Of a DNA stretch of 64,000 bases, positions 1 to 12,436 are shown piece after piece. The first letter of the stretch is position 1. Each line of letters opens with the position of its first letter. The stretch lies in NCBI GenBank assembly GCA_951406725.2, contig OX597827.1, positions 69,378,001-69,442,000 of the forward strand. Reading direction: 5' to 3'. Source of the DNA: Octopus vulgaris. Lineage: Eukaryota. The position numbers were made by a program, and so were the translations under genes. The notes beneath the pieces are model-generated. The model was not told the origin of the DNA, searched no databases, and saw only the letters and a program-made list of their open reading frames with translations.

Positions 1-112
1 TCCACAAGACTCTCTGTACAAGTGTACTGAACACATTTTGTTTCTTTATTAAGAAAAATAATATTGTCTAGACATCTAAACATACACACACTTGTGTATA
101 TGTTCTTATGTA

Positions 113-342
113 CAAGGTAGGCCAAAAGTCACCTGACAATAAATCAACCTGCCATAAATACTATCTTTAATTCTGTATTGACTCAAATGGGGAAAATGTG
201 TCACTCGAGAAGGACTTCAGTTTGAACAATTTTCACAATGTTTCATAGATGCTTTTATTAAATTCAATAATTTGTAAATCATAAATAAATCTTGGAATTA
301 AATGGTTTTGATTTGCTGTCAGCTGTCTTTTGGCCAACCTTG
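113..342. mobile_element. Tc1/mariner-type MITE
   Basis: TIRs caaggtaggccaaaag / cttttggccaaccttg, flanked by TA on both sides. Confidence 0.7.
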
Positions 343-787
343 TATGTATACACACACACACACACACACATACATTCATACATAAATATCGAACAATGAT
401 AATGAGTGCTCAACACCACGTTGGTGGATAAAATTTCTTTATTTGTGTATTAAGGCTACTATTGGTTTCATGTTAAGACAATATCTTAATATCTTAACAA
501 ATTTTCAAGCCAATCACATGGCTTAGGCATTGTGATACTAATATAATAACCTGGTGTAAAACTCAATAAATGTATTCCTCTGAACAAAGCTTTAGTCGAG
601 TACAGAGCAATAATAAGAAAAGAGATGACAAAGGAATTAACAATTAGCTAATTAAGTTCATAAGGTAACCACTTATTCCTTTATTATCTCTTTTCTGATA
701 TATATATATATATCAAAATGTGACCGCGTGTGTACCGTTGGCAATTTTTTTTCCTCTGTCTTCCCTTCTCTGGATCTTTCCTTCTAT

Positions 788-822
788 GTTTCCGACGAAG
801 AGCTCCGCTCAAAATGTTAAAC
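788..822 (+). ncRNA. Degenerate minimal hammerhead motif in a Penelope-like repeat
   Basis: gttt-CCGACGA-a-gagc-tcc-gctc-AAAA-tg-tt-aaac. Stems I and II are intact; GAAACG appears decayed at its CpGs. The downstream flank recurs inverted at ~14340-14410. Confidence 0.55.
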
Positions 823-1108
823 CCTCCTTCTTTCCTTCTTTCCTAAGCATCCAATTATACTGTATTTGTTCCACGTCCTCGCGTTGTTGTGTTTTTTTTT
901 GTGCCTTCTTGTTTGGATTAACTATATATATATACACACACACACACACACATAAATACATACACACACTCATATATATGCAATTAAGATTCAGGTGAAT
1001 TAAGTACTTACATTGAGGCACCAAGCTCCAGTTTGGTATAATCTGTGCAGCTCTAAGTTAGGTGAACAAAATGTAAATAAGTAACAAGGATGTCCAGATA
1101 TCGATGCA

Positions 1109-1192
1109 TTACGGCCGTTTCGAGTGGCTGCATTTAATCGATCATTGAAAACATTACATCAATTTGAAAGAAACCACTCTCTTCAGACGTAA
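1109..1192 (-). ncRNA. Hammerhead-like motif, degenerate cleavage site
   Basis: Minus strand: ttacgt-CTGAAGA-gagtgg...ccactc-GAAA-cggc-cgtaa. Confidence 0.55.
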
Positions 1193-1336
1193 ATGACCAT
1201 ATAGATTTCCAACATAAAGGATAAAGCATTTTAAACAAATTTATATAAATTCTAGAAACCAAAATAATTACTTTCTTTCCTCTTGTTATATTTGTGGCAG
1301 GATGAATTTAGAGAATAACACATATCTTATTAAGCC

Positions 1337-1377
<41 letters not shown>

Positions 1378-1649
1378 GTATGTATATATAATAAAATAAA
1401 TGTGCCCTTTTAAAGCCTACCCAGGTTCATGGGCCCGGTTTCCTGGTTTCAATGGGGTATGTGTTCCCCAGCTGGACGGGACGCCAGTCCATCGCAGCGT
1501 TACTCATTTTTGCCAGCTGAGTGGACTGGAGCCACATCAAATGAAGTGTTTTGCACAAGAACACAACGCGTCGCCCAGTCCAGGAATCGAAACCACAATT
1601 TTACGATCATGATGCTGACACCCTAACCACTAAGCCATGCGCCTCCACA

Positions 1650-1827
1650 CTGTGTATATATAATGTATGTATATATAATGTATGTATGTATATATAATGT
1701 ATGTATGTATATATAATGCATGTGTATATATAATGCATGTATATATAATGCATGTATATATATAATGCATGTAAGTATATATAATACATGTAAGCATATA
1801 TAATGCATGTATACATAATGTACGTAC

Positions 1828-1889
<62 letters not shown>

Positions 1890-1903
1890 TATATATATAT
1901 GTG

Positions 1904-1971
<68 letters not shown>

Positions 1972-2000
1972 GTATGTATACACACACACACATATATATC
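1650..2000. repeat. Degenerate TATAATG(C/T)ATG minisatellite grading into (TA)n
   Basis: Directly visible; explains the YI-rich spurious ORFs. Confidence 0.9.
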
Positions 2001-2656
2001 AAAGTATACAGTATTACAGTATTATAGACCTACTTCAGCTGATCCTACCAATTAATGTCCCACTGGGATTAGATAACGGGATCTCTTTAGAGAAGGCAAG
2101 AGCCCAGAGTGTTTCTTAAGCCTGCTGTTATCTGATATCTGGTTATCCAGATATCAGTGCAAAACTGATTGATAAAATCAGCTGAAATGTATCTGTAATG
2201 ATGCATGCTTCGATTAATCTACCTGTTCTATTAAGAAATAAAATAAGTACGTATATTTTCTGACTTATGGATTCTTAGACAATAAGGGTGGAGTGTATCT
2301 TTCACCATGTTTGGTTGCAGGATGGGGGTAGTGCAGAAAAGTTGTGAATGGACATCAAAATTAACTAGTGTAAAATCTTAGAATTCTGTAATAATATCTT
2401 TTGTCTCCACAAATGCATTAAAAAATGGAAGGGGGAAATGCCTCTATTTATTTATTTAGCTATAAAATAGTTTTCATTGCCTCTTCTTTGGGGTAGTTTT
2501 TAAATGATTGTGATGAAATTTCTCTAAAATGTAACTTAAACATATATTTTTCTGTGAAATTTTTGCAGATATAGTTTCTCAATGGAGTAGGTAGTAATTA
2601 TGTTGATAAAATTATGAAAAATACTATCATCATTATTTAATAACATTTATTACAAA

Positions 2657-3030
2657 CTAGCAGTATCGCCCGGCGTTGCTCGGGTTTGTAAGGGAAATAA
2701 CTATAAAGCATTTTTAGAGAGTTATAGCCAAAAAATAGCAAAAAAAAATGGAAATAAAATGATGGTAAATTTTTTTTGAGAGTTAAAAAGGTCGAGTTGC
2801 GTCCCCTAGACAGTCTGTGGCTTGTGTTTCTGATTCTCGACCCCATGTCGAATTTATCGATTTTTTTCAGAACTGGGGGAACTTTTCAAAATTTTCGCTG
2901 CGTTAGTTTTGAATTATGACATTGGGCTATGTATGTGTCAAGTTTCATCAGAATCGGTTGAAAGCCGTGGTCAGGGTGAGGGTACAACCTAACAGACACA
3001 CAGACAAACTGCCGTTTATATAGAGAGAGA
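2657..3030 (-). mobile_element. Non-autonomous Helitron
   Basis: Minus strand starts A|TCTCTCTCTATATAAA and ends with hairpin cccgagcaacgccggg followed by CTAG|T. Confidence 0.8.
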
Positions 3031-4225
3031 TAAGAAATTTGTTTATTTTTGTTTTTATTTTATGGTCATATTTTTCATTTGATTATTAGTTTTCATTTTA
3101 TCATATTTTTTTTCTTTTTATAAGCACCAATAAATTTGATAAAAGTTAAATTATAATGATTGCATACCACATTTCCTGAAATATTTCCAAAAGTCACCCA
3201 TTGTATGACAGGTAATACACTAGTGTATACTCTGTTGGTGTACAAAAATGCACCACTATTTCACAAGTATATTTTCTCGGAAAAAAACAAATAAATTTCG
3301 TATGTTTCATCATACATTATTAAAAGAAGTTTTAAGGCAATGAGCTGGCAGAATCGTTAGCATGCCGGGTGAGATGCTTAGCGACATTTCATCTGCTGCT
3401 ATGTTCTGAGTTCAAATTTCACCGAGGTTGACTTTGCCTTTCATCCTTTCAGAGTCGATGAAATAAGTACCAGTTGAATACTGGGGTCAATATAATCGAC
3501 TAGCTTCCTCCTCCAAATTTCAGGCCTTGTGCCTATAGTAGAAAGGATCATCTTCTTCTTATTTTTCTTATTATTATTTTATTATTTTTCTTCTTCTTCT
3601 TCTCCTCCTTCTTCTTCTCCTTCTCATTCTCATTCTCATTCTTATTCTTATTCTTATTCTTATTCTTATTCTTCAGTGGCAAGCTGGCAGAATTGCTAAA
3701 ACACCATGCAAAATGCTTCGCAGCATTTTGTCTGTTTTTACGTTCTGAGTTCAGATTCTTCCGAGGTTGACTTTGCCTTTCATCCTTTTGGGGGTCGATG
3801 TAATCAACTAGTCCCTCACCCAAAATTTCAGGCTTTGTGTCATCAGTAGAAATGATTATTAAAAGAGTTTTTGGGGGGAGTGGAGTGGGGTATGATTCTA
3901 TCTATGTGAATTCAATGCTGTGATTATATTCTGAAATAAGCTATGAAATCCATTAATTTATCCTATATAAACTCTTATATAAGTAATGCATTTCAATTTA
4001 GTCAGGTCATCTGTATAGTTGTTTGTATGATGGTTAAGAGAATTGCTGTACAGGATGTAAAACTTGTACTTTTGCCTGTGATATTTTGTATTATTGCAAT
4101 CAGCCGCCACCAGGGTGGCACACCACTGCTATGTTTTTGTTGTCATCCACTTGTTGCAAATAGCTTGAAAGGCAGATGAAAGTTTAATATTCTGTGCACT
4201 TTTCTTGGAAAATTTTCATTTTGAT

Positions 4226-4530
4226 CAGTGGTTCTCAACCATTTAATTTTTTTTTATCTATGGACCCCTTTTATCACTTTTATTCTGGTGGACCCTCATC
4301 ACCAGTCAATGTTTATTGACTAGTTTTATAGATTCTTCTTTCAAAATTCCTATTTTGTTTTTCACACATTCACTTGTGTAAGTTGAACTAACATAAGATG
4401 TTTGAAAAAAAAAAAAAATGTAGATGCATTAAATATGTCTAAAGCAAAATTTTTTCATGGATCCTTAATATACTGCTGCAGATTCCCTATTTGCTATTTT
4501 ACTTGTGTGGACCCCATTTGAGAACCACTG
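4226..4530. mobile_element. hAT MITE
   Basis: TIRs cagtggttctcaa / ttgagaaccactg; 8-bp TSD attttgat / atttagat. Confidence 0.85.
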
Positions 4531-4569
4531 ATTTAGATTATTAAATGACTGCTTCTTAAAAGTAATACA

Positions 4570-4970
4570 GCAGGAGTGGCTGTGTGGTAAGTAGCTTGTT
4601 TACCAACCACATGGTTCCGGGTTCAGTCCCACTGCGTGGCACCTTGGGCAAGTGTCTTCTACTACAGCCTCAGGCCGACCAAAGCCTTGTGAGTGGATTT
4701 GGTAGACGGAAACTGAAAGAAACCCGTTGTATATATGTATATATATATATGCATGTGTGTTTGTGTGTCTGTGTTTGTCCCCCTAGCATTGCTTGACAAC
4801 TGATGCTGGTGTGTTTATGTCCCCGTTACTTAGCGGTTCGGCACAAGAGACTGATAGAATAAGTACAAGGCTTACAAAAGAATAAGTCTCAGGGTCGAGT
4901 TGCTCGCTTAAAGGCGGTGCTCCAGCATGGCCGCAGTCAAATGACTGAAACAAGTAAAAGAGTAAAGAGA
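4570..4970 (+). mobile_element. tRNA-derived SINE family B (CORE-like ccttgggcaagt plus Nin/Deu-like box)
   Basis: tRNA-like A/B boxes. Other copies at ~13703+, 14475-14800-, 32335-32715-, 45672-46033-, 47843-48265+, 52717-53120+, 53480-53870-, 58505-58918-. Domain names are from resemblance only. Confidence 0.85.
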
Positions 4971-5257
4971 GCCATTAGATAATGTAAACCACATATCCAG
5001 TTTTGATTATGTATGCTGAGGAAGGAGGTAGAATGAGCAGCTATGAGTTCTCCACATAACTGCCGATGCACTGTAAGCAATTTTCCATAAATGCGTTCTG
5101 ACTCTGATATTTTGGCTTGTTGTCAATACTTTATTGTTAGTAACAATTATTGTTCCTAGCGGACTTATATTCATCCAGCTCCTTGGTCTACAACACTTGG
5201 TCTTCCATACACAATATGGATGCATTAAATGCAGGGAAATGAAAACGAAAAAATATG

Positions 5258-5490
5258 GAGGCGAGCTGGCATAATTGTTAGCACGCCGGGCGAAATGCGT
5301 AGCCGTATTTCGTCTGCTGTTACGTTCTGAGTTCAAATTCCGCCGAGGTCGACTTTGCCTTTCATCCTTTCGGGGTCGATAAATTAAGTACCAGTTACGC
5401 ACTGGGGTCGATGTAATCGACTTAATCCATTTGTCTGTCCTTGTTTGTCTTCTCTGTGTTTAGCCCCTTGTGGGTAGTAAAGAAATAGGT
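5258..5490 (+). mobile_element. tRNA-derived SINE family A (Meta-domain-like core gtcgactttgcctttcatcctttcggggtcgataaa)
   Basis: The most abundant repeat in the window, with dozens of copies on both strands. Confidence 0.85.
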
Positions 5491-5810
5491 GGAGGCGCAA
5501 TGGCCCAGTGGTTAGGGCAGCGGACTCGTGGTCGGAGGATCATGGTTTCGATTCCCAGACCGGATGTGGTGTGTGTTTATTGAGCAAAAACACTTAAAGC
5601 TCCACGAGGCTCCGGCAGGGGGTAGTTGCGACCCCAGTTGTACTCTTTCGCCACAACTTTCTTTCACTCTCTCTTCCTGTTTCTTGAGTAACGCTGCAAT
5701 GGACTGGCATCCCGTCCAGCTGGGGAGGAACACATACGCCATAGAAACCGGGAAACTGGGCCCATGATCCTGGCTAGGCTTGAAAAGGGCGCATAAATAA
5801 AATAAATTTC
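5491..5810 (+). mobile_element. tRNA-derived SINE family C (resembles octopus OR-type SINEs)
   Basis: Head ggaggcgcaatggcccagtggttagggcagcggactcg...ttcgattccc. Copies at ~28128, 41851, 44667, 46453 (+) and ~6147, 7390, 32027 (-). Confidence 0.8.
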
Positions 5811-6167
5811 ACAGTAGGCAGGCTGAGTTGTCAGTTATGTGAATTGTTATTGCTTGTTCCTTCTTGAGTCATGCCTGGCTCATAAGGGCCGGTTTCCTTG
5901 GTGTATAGGTCCCACACCTGGATGGGACGCCAGTCTGTCGCAGGTGAGCTGCAAGATGCAGGAGGAAAAAGTGAGAGAAAGTTGTGGCGAAAGAGTCTGC
6001 AGAAGTTTCGCCAATACCTTCTGCCGGAACCACATGGAGCTTAAGTGTTTCCCTCATAAACACACACATCGCCCGGTATGAGATTCGAACCTGCGATCCC
6101 TCGACCGCGAGTCCGCTGCTCTAACCACTAGGCCATGTGCCTCTACAGCTATGTGAATACAATACAA

Positions 6168-6394
6168 GAGTTAAGGAATGGAGCACAGAAGATCTGTTTC
6201 ATAGCAAGTGGGACCACGGAAGTGGTAAATGTGCAAGCGAGGTGTATACTGCAGACTAATCTTCAGGCCAAGTGTATCTTGACCTGAAGAGTGGCCTGCG
6301 GTATACACCTCACTTGGATATTTACCACTTCCAAGAGGCCCGCTCGCTATGAAACATATGTAGCCAGGATATTATCTACTCCATTCCTTAACTC
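6168..6394. repeat. Foldback with ~105-bp imperfect arms carrying a hammerhead-like motif (Penelope-like inverted pLTR)
   Basis: gagttaaggaatggag...ctccattccttaactc. Right arm: cttgac-CTGAAGA-gtggc...gctat-GAAA-catatg-TA-gccagg (6278-6368). Confidence 0.7.
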
Positions 6395-6424
6395 ATGGAT
6401 ATATGTATATCTTCTCTTTCTCGT

Positions 6425-6605
6425 CTTGAGACAGCATTCACCCGGGGTGGGTTGAGCTGGCTTCATTCATCCTCAATGCTGCATCTCTCACAAACACCAA
6501 CCAGGCCTGGCGATTTGAGGCTAATGACCGCGTGATCTCCAACCACTCCTTATTCTTGCATCGAACGCCGTAGATATGGGGGCCTAGGTTGGGTTCCAGA
6601 TCAGG
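6425..6605 (-). mobile_element. RTE-type LINE 3' fragment
   Basis: EWLEITRSLASNRQAWLVFVRDAA C-terminus; same family as 7811-7964. Confidence 0.7.
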
Positions 6606-7034
6606 TGATGTATATGCAGATGTGGCTGTGTAATAAGAAGTTTGCTTCCCAACCACATGGTTTCGTGTTCAGTCCCACCGTGTGTCACTGGGCAATTGTT
6701 TTTCTGGCCAACCAAAGCCTTGTGAGTGGACTTGGTAATGGAAACTAAAAGAAGACTGGTGTGTGTCTGTGTGCATACATGTGTACTAGTTGCGTGCCTG
6801 TGTCACGTAAAAAGCACCATCCGTTCGTGGCCATCTGCCAGCGCCGTCTGGCACCTGTGCGGGTGGCTCGTAAAAAGCACCCACTACACTCATGGAGTGG
6901 TTGGCGTTAAGAAGGGCATCCAGCCATAGAAACACTGCCAGATCAGACTGGGCCTGAAGCAGCCTTCTGGCTTCACAGACCCCAGTTGAACCGTCCAACC
7001 CATGCTAGCATGGAAAGCGGACGTTAAATGATGA

Positions 7035-7074
<40 letters not shown>

Positions 7075-7810
7075 TACTATGAGCTCTCAATATAATTCTT
7101 AATAAGTTTTAAATTATATTACTTTTAGAATACCAATGTAGATGCATTGAAAAATATGTTTTGTTTTGTTTTTGTTTTTCCAGTTTCAGCTCTTGAGCTG
7201 TGGCCATGCTGGGGCACCGCCATTGTGGTGAAAGAGTACAGCAGGGATCACCACCCCCCTGCTGGAGCCTCGTAGAGCTTTTAGGTGTTTTCGCTCAATA
7301 AACACACACAACGCCCGGTCTGAGAATCGAAACCGCGATCCTGCGACCGCGAGTCCGCTGCCCTAACCACTAGGCCATTGCGCCTCTACAAGGCTATATG
7401 TTAATGTCTTTATTTAATGTTGCATCTTGAAGCAAATTCTTCTTCTTTTTCTTTATAATCCATTGAGATCTTTGGATGGGGAAAAAATTTAGAAAGTTGG
7501 GGTTGGGGGAGAAGCTACCTGCAGGATTCAAACAAGGTCCCTTCAATAACCCATTTATTTCTTATGACTGTATTCACATCGTGACACATCGTTAGCATAT
7601 ACTTATTTAAATCGTATCTGTTTTGCAATTCTAATAACCTTGTTGTCAATCTTCTTTGTTACTGTCACAAGTTTCAAAATGCTCTCCCTTTCTGATTGAA
7701 CATATGTTGTGAGACAGTTGTCATCATTTAATGTCTGTATTTTTTTTTTTTACCATGCTGGAATGGGTTGGACAGTTTGACTGGATCCAATGAGGCCCAA
7801 GGACTGCAAC

Positions 7811-7964
7811 GCCAATATACGCCGCTGGAATAAGGAGTGGTTGGAGATCACGCGGTCGTTAGCCTCAAATCACCAGGCCTGGTCGGCGTTTGGGAGAGAT
7901 GCAGCATTGAGGATGAATGAAGCCAGCTCAACCCACCCCGGGTGAATGCTGTCTCAAGTCAAGT
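7811..7964 (+). mobile_element. 5'-truncated RTE-type LINE
   Basis: (CAAGT)n tail; TSD caaggactgcaac at 7798-7810 and 7965-7977. Confidence 0.8.
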
Positions 7965-8175
7965 CAAGGACTGCAACCTGTTCCAGTGCCTGTATTGGCA
8001 TGGTTTCCCACACTTTACTGTGCAGACTTGGCGCCTTTTACGTGCCGCTTACACGAGTGAGGCCACCATGCAGCTCGCTGAACTTTAGCCGGTGGGTATG
8101 GGTGGGGGCTTCGTGATAGGTGACGTAGAGATTGAACTATGAGAAGGGTTGGGGTGAGGGTAGTATAGCTTCTTT

Positions 8176-8505
8176 CTTGTGAGACCTTGTTGCATGCAAT
8201 CATGGAAGCGCCATCCAACCAAAGTACAAATATATGAGAAACTACCACCTGTATCATCTCTTGTGAAAGGTAGAAGAGTCCAGTTTGCTGGACATTGTTG
8301 TAGAGCTGAAAACGAGGTAATTTCTGCTCTTCTCCTCTGGAAGCCATTTGCTCGCAATACCTGAGGGCACACGCTCTCCTACCCTGATGTAATCTCCAGG
8401 GATACAGGCATCCAGCAACAGGACCTCCGTAATGCTATGATGGACCGTGAAGTATGGCGTAACAGTAAATTGCATTGTCTCGACCACGGTCGAACAATGA
8501 TGATG
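8176..8505 (+). mobile_element. 5'-truncated RTE-type LINE
   Basis: RRVQFAGHCCRAENEVISALLLWKP motif; (TGA)n tail; TSD agtatagcttcttt at 8162-8175 and 8506-8519. Confidence 0.85.
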
Positions 8506-8779
8506 AGTATAGCTTCTTTTGATGTAGTGGTACTTGACCACTTTTTGCCTGTGTGTAAACAATGTTAAAACATTTTGTGTATAGTAGAAACATAAGCAAT
8601 TTATTGCACATAAACTTTAACAACAAAATCTTATGTGGGCCCCTAAGGGCCATATGAACTCTCGTTGAGACCCCTGTTGTCAAGGATCTACAAGGCCACT
8701 CACAACTTGTAGGGGAAAGAGTGAGAAAGAGAAAATGAACAGTGGGAGCTGCAAGAGATTGATGATTATGATAATGATG

Positions 8780-9835
8780 ATCCTTTCTGCTAATAGGCAC
8801 AAGGCCTGAAATTTGGGGGAGGGGGATAGTCGATTACAAGGACCCCAGTACTCAACTGGTACTTAATTTAGCGACCCCGAAAGGATGAAAGGCAAAGTTG
8901 ACCTTGGCGAAATTTGAACTCAGAATGTAGCAGCAGACAAAATACCGCTAAGCATTTTGCCCAGCATGCTAACGATTCTGCCAGGTCACCTTTTTTTTTT
9001 GGTTATTGCCCACAAGGGGCTAAACATAGAGGGGACAAACAAGGACAGACAAAGGGATTAAGACGATTACATCGACCCCAGTGCGTAACTGGTACTTAAT
9101 TTATCGACCCCGAAAGGATGAAAGCGGAATTTGAACTCAGAATGTAGCAGCAGACAAAATACCGTTAAGCATTTTGCCCGGCATGCTAACGATTCTGCCA
9201 GCTCACCACCTTTGATAATGATGGTGGTAATTAGCCTTTCTACTAAAGGCACAAGGCCTGAAATTTGTGGAAAGGGGACGAGTTAATTACGTCAACCCCA
9301 GTGTTTCACTGGTACTTAATTTATCAATATTGAGAGGGTAAGTCAACCTCAGCGAGATTTGAACTCAGATCATGCAGGCAGACGAAATGCTGTTAAGCAT
9401 GTTGCCCTGTGTGCTAACGACTCTGCCAGCCTGCTGCCATAATAACAATAATAATAATAGTAATAATAATAGTAATAATAATAATAACAGTAATAATAAT
9501 AGTAGTAATAATAACAGTAATAATAATAGTAGTAATAATAGTAATAATAATAATAGTAGTAATAATAGTAGTAGTAATAATAATAATAATATTAATAATA
9601 GTAATAATAATAATGGTTTCAAGTTTTGCCACTAGAGCAGCAATTTTGGGTAAGGGTTAAGTTGATTACATCAACCCCAGTGCATAACTGGTACTTATTT
9701 TATTGACCCCCCAAAAGGATGAAAGGCAAAGTCAACCTCGGTGGAATTTGAACTCAGAACGTTGGCGGCAGACGAAGAAATATCTCTAAGCATTTTCCAC
9801 TGCATGCTAATGATTCTGCTAGCTCACTGCCTTAA
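8780..9835 (-). repeat. Cluster of family-A SINEs with an (AAT/AGT)n microsatellite at 9440-9612
   Basis: About four co-oriented copies on the minus strand. Confidence 0.85.
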
Positions 9836-11172
9836 TAATAATAATAATGACAATAATAATAATAATGTGTTTTGGTAGCTCCACAAGGCACAAGATGGGT
9901 TGAAGAAATTGGTTTGCAAGATCGTAATGCGAAGAAGAATGAGGTGATGGAGGTGCGGGGGATGGGGGTGGACAGACTCTCGAAATGGGTAGGGTTTGAA
10001 GGGTGGATGAGCGAGTTGGCAGGGGTGCAGAGGGGAGTAATAAAGATGAGACAGTTGTCAAGGGGTGGGGCGTGGGGGGAGGAACTCAAATCTCTGTATC
10101 GCATCAACTAAAGTGATTAATAAAGCATTTTAATCACCCAGATATAATCTGGTCGTCAATAAGTTTGTGTGAAGTTTTACGTCGCCACCATGCTGGAGTT
10201 TGTAATAATATTATTGTTTTATTATCTGTTTGTCTGTCTGTGTGTCCATCTGTCTTACAATTCAGTCCACCACCACCACTACCACTATTAAACAAAAAAA
10301 ACAAAAAAACAATCATTTTATTCTCTTCCTAAAGCCATCATGTGACCTTTCATTACAATAATATTGTCTTCAATTGGGTAACTCAGCCCTTAAATAGCTG
10401 GAAAGGGTTGCATGAGTGTGTGTGCTAAGGATAATTTTTATAGGTGTAGGAGTGGCTGTGTGGTAAGTAGCTTGCTTACCAAGCACATGGTTCCAGGTTC
10501 AGTCCCACTGCATGACACCTTGATGATAATTATCCTTCTACTTCTTTTCTCTTTGATATTTTTAACCCTTTAGCATTTAAACCTACAATATCTGGCCCGA
10601 ATATTCTCTGTGTTTTATATTCAAACAGGCTAGATCCAGCCTCTTGCGCCTATCCTAAAATGTCTTTCTAAAAAAAAATTAACAATCACACCATCAGAAT
10701 CTCAAAGATATGAGATAGATTTCTTTATTGGCCATGCAGGGCTAAACACAGAAGGGACAAAATACAAAGAACTTTTCTTTTTGAGAAGAAGAAAAGGAAA
10801 AATAAAGGGTCAAATTCCAATCAAAAGGGATCGTGAAAAAAAAAGGAAAAAAAGTGGGGACGATCAATAGGGATCGTTTATAATACATGATTAATTCAAA
10901 ACAGTGTAACTAAATAAACATTATATTTGACAGGGTAATCTGAATACTGAAGTTTAATTTTATGTAAAATAAAATTTTAATAATTGAGAATGCTTTTCTG
11001 ATTTTTTTCTTTTTTTTTATTTGACAGGAGATGTTTCCAGATACTGCTAAACAAGTCACTGGATATTCTTTGAAACAGAAATAAAAAAAATATATAAAAG
11101 AAACCAAAATTTTAAAATATAAAACAGGTACAAAAAAAATTTGTGAAGAGACTGAGAATATTTGAGCCAGCG

Positions 11173-11598
11173 ATGGCAGATTGTTCTTCAGAAGACGGCA
11201 TGTCAGAGGAACCATCCTCAAAATGGCAGCAAAAGCGAACCCACACCCCAAAGCTAGGAGAGCAGGAAGCTGATGATGCCACAGTCAAAGAACAGCCGGC
11301 GAAATCCTCTTCTTCAGTGTCTTGTGAGAAGTCTGACATTTGCTGCGTTCTGTGCCACCAGACATTCCCGTCGACAGCCATGAGCAAGTTCAGGATACAC
11401 ATGCGGCACTGCCACAGCCTGCAGGTTTTGATCCAGTGCCAGGTCTGTCTGCAGACCTTCAGCGAAACCACTCGGCTGAATCACCATTTGTGCAGTAATA
11501 ATGCGACATCTTCCCAAGAGGATGAGGAAGAAGAAGACGAGGAAGAGGATGACAATAGTGTACAAAGCAGTAACAACAGACATGTTGATGTAACTAAG
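11173..11598 (+). CDS. First coding exon of large zinc-finger protein
   Basis: Polypyrimidine acceptor ttgacag at 11027; gcgATGg at 11173; CVLC..H..H and CQVC..HHLC fingers; donor AAG|GTATGA (phase 0). Confidence 0.8.
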
Positions 11599-12058
11599 GT
11601 ATGACAGAGGCACAACTTATCTTGTCCTATTCTCTTATCTTGTCCTATTCTCCACCATGTCTTCATTACCACCACTACTACCACCACCAAAACCCACATT
11701 TTTCTTGTTATTGAATTATGCATTTTGTCATTGTGTAGCCCCAGGTCAAAACATGCCATCCAGGGTCACTTAACCCTTTCATTACTGTATTTATTTAATC
11801 CTGAGTCATAGAGATTCATAGGGCTTGTTTCGGTAGTGTATATACCCTGCCCCCACTGGATGGGACGCCGGTCTGTTACATTATTCATTTTTGCCAGCTG
11901 AGTGGTCAGGAGCAACATGAAATGAAGTGTTTGCTCAAGAGCACAACATGTCACCGATCCAGGAATCGAAACCACAATCTTATGATCACGAGTCCGCTAC
12001 TCTAATCACTAATGCCATGCACCACCACTTGAATAGCATACTGTATCATCATCATTGT

Positions 12059-12405
12059 TTAACCCTTTCATTACGGTATTTATTTTGAGATGCTCTGTGT
12101 GTCTTTCAATTAATTTTAAATATAACAAAGAATTTAGTAAAATAACTTAGTTATCATTAAGCTAGTGTCAGGAACATAAATTGTGACTAAGGTTTTGTGG
12201 AAGATTTTAATTCAAAACTTATGAAAACAAGACATTTATACTCACAGCCAGAGCTGGTTTCATCTGGGTTGGTATCAAAAGGGTTAAGAATTGTTTCTCT
12301 ATTATATATTTTAACCCTTTCATTACTGTATTTATTTTGAGATGCTCTGTGTTTCTTTCAATTACTTTGAATTTAACAAGGAATTTAGTAAAATAACTTA
12401 GCAAT

Positions 12406-12436
<31 letters not shown>

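Noticed and set aside
1607-2119. YI/IY-rich ORFs
   Set aside because: Translations of (TA)n microsatellite
5491-5562. tRNA gene candidates
   Set aside because: tRNA-like heads continue into SINE bodies; no complete cloverleaf
9365-9635. Poly-L, poly-N and poly-I ORFs
   Set aside because: (AAT)n microsatellite
9860-10130. Possible LINE 3' fragment on the minus strand with (ATT)n tail
   Set aside because: No recognisable motif to support a call
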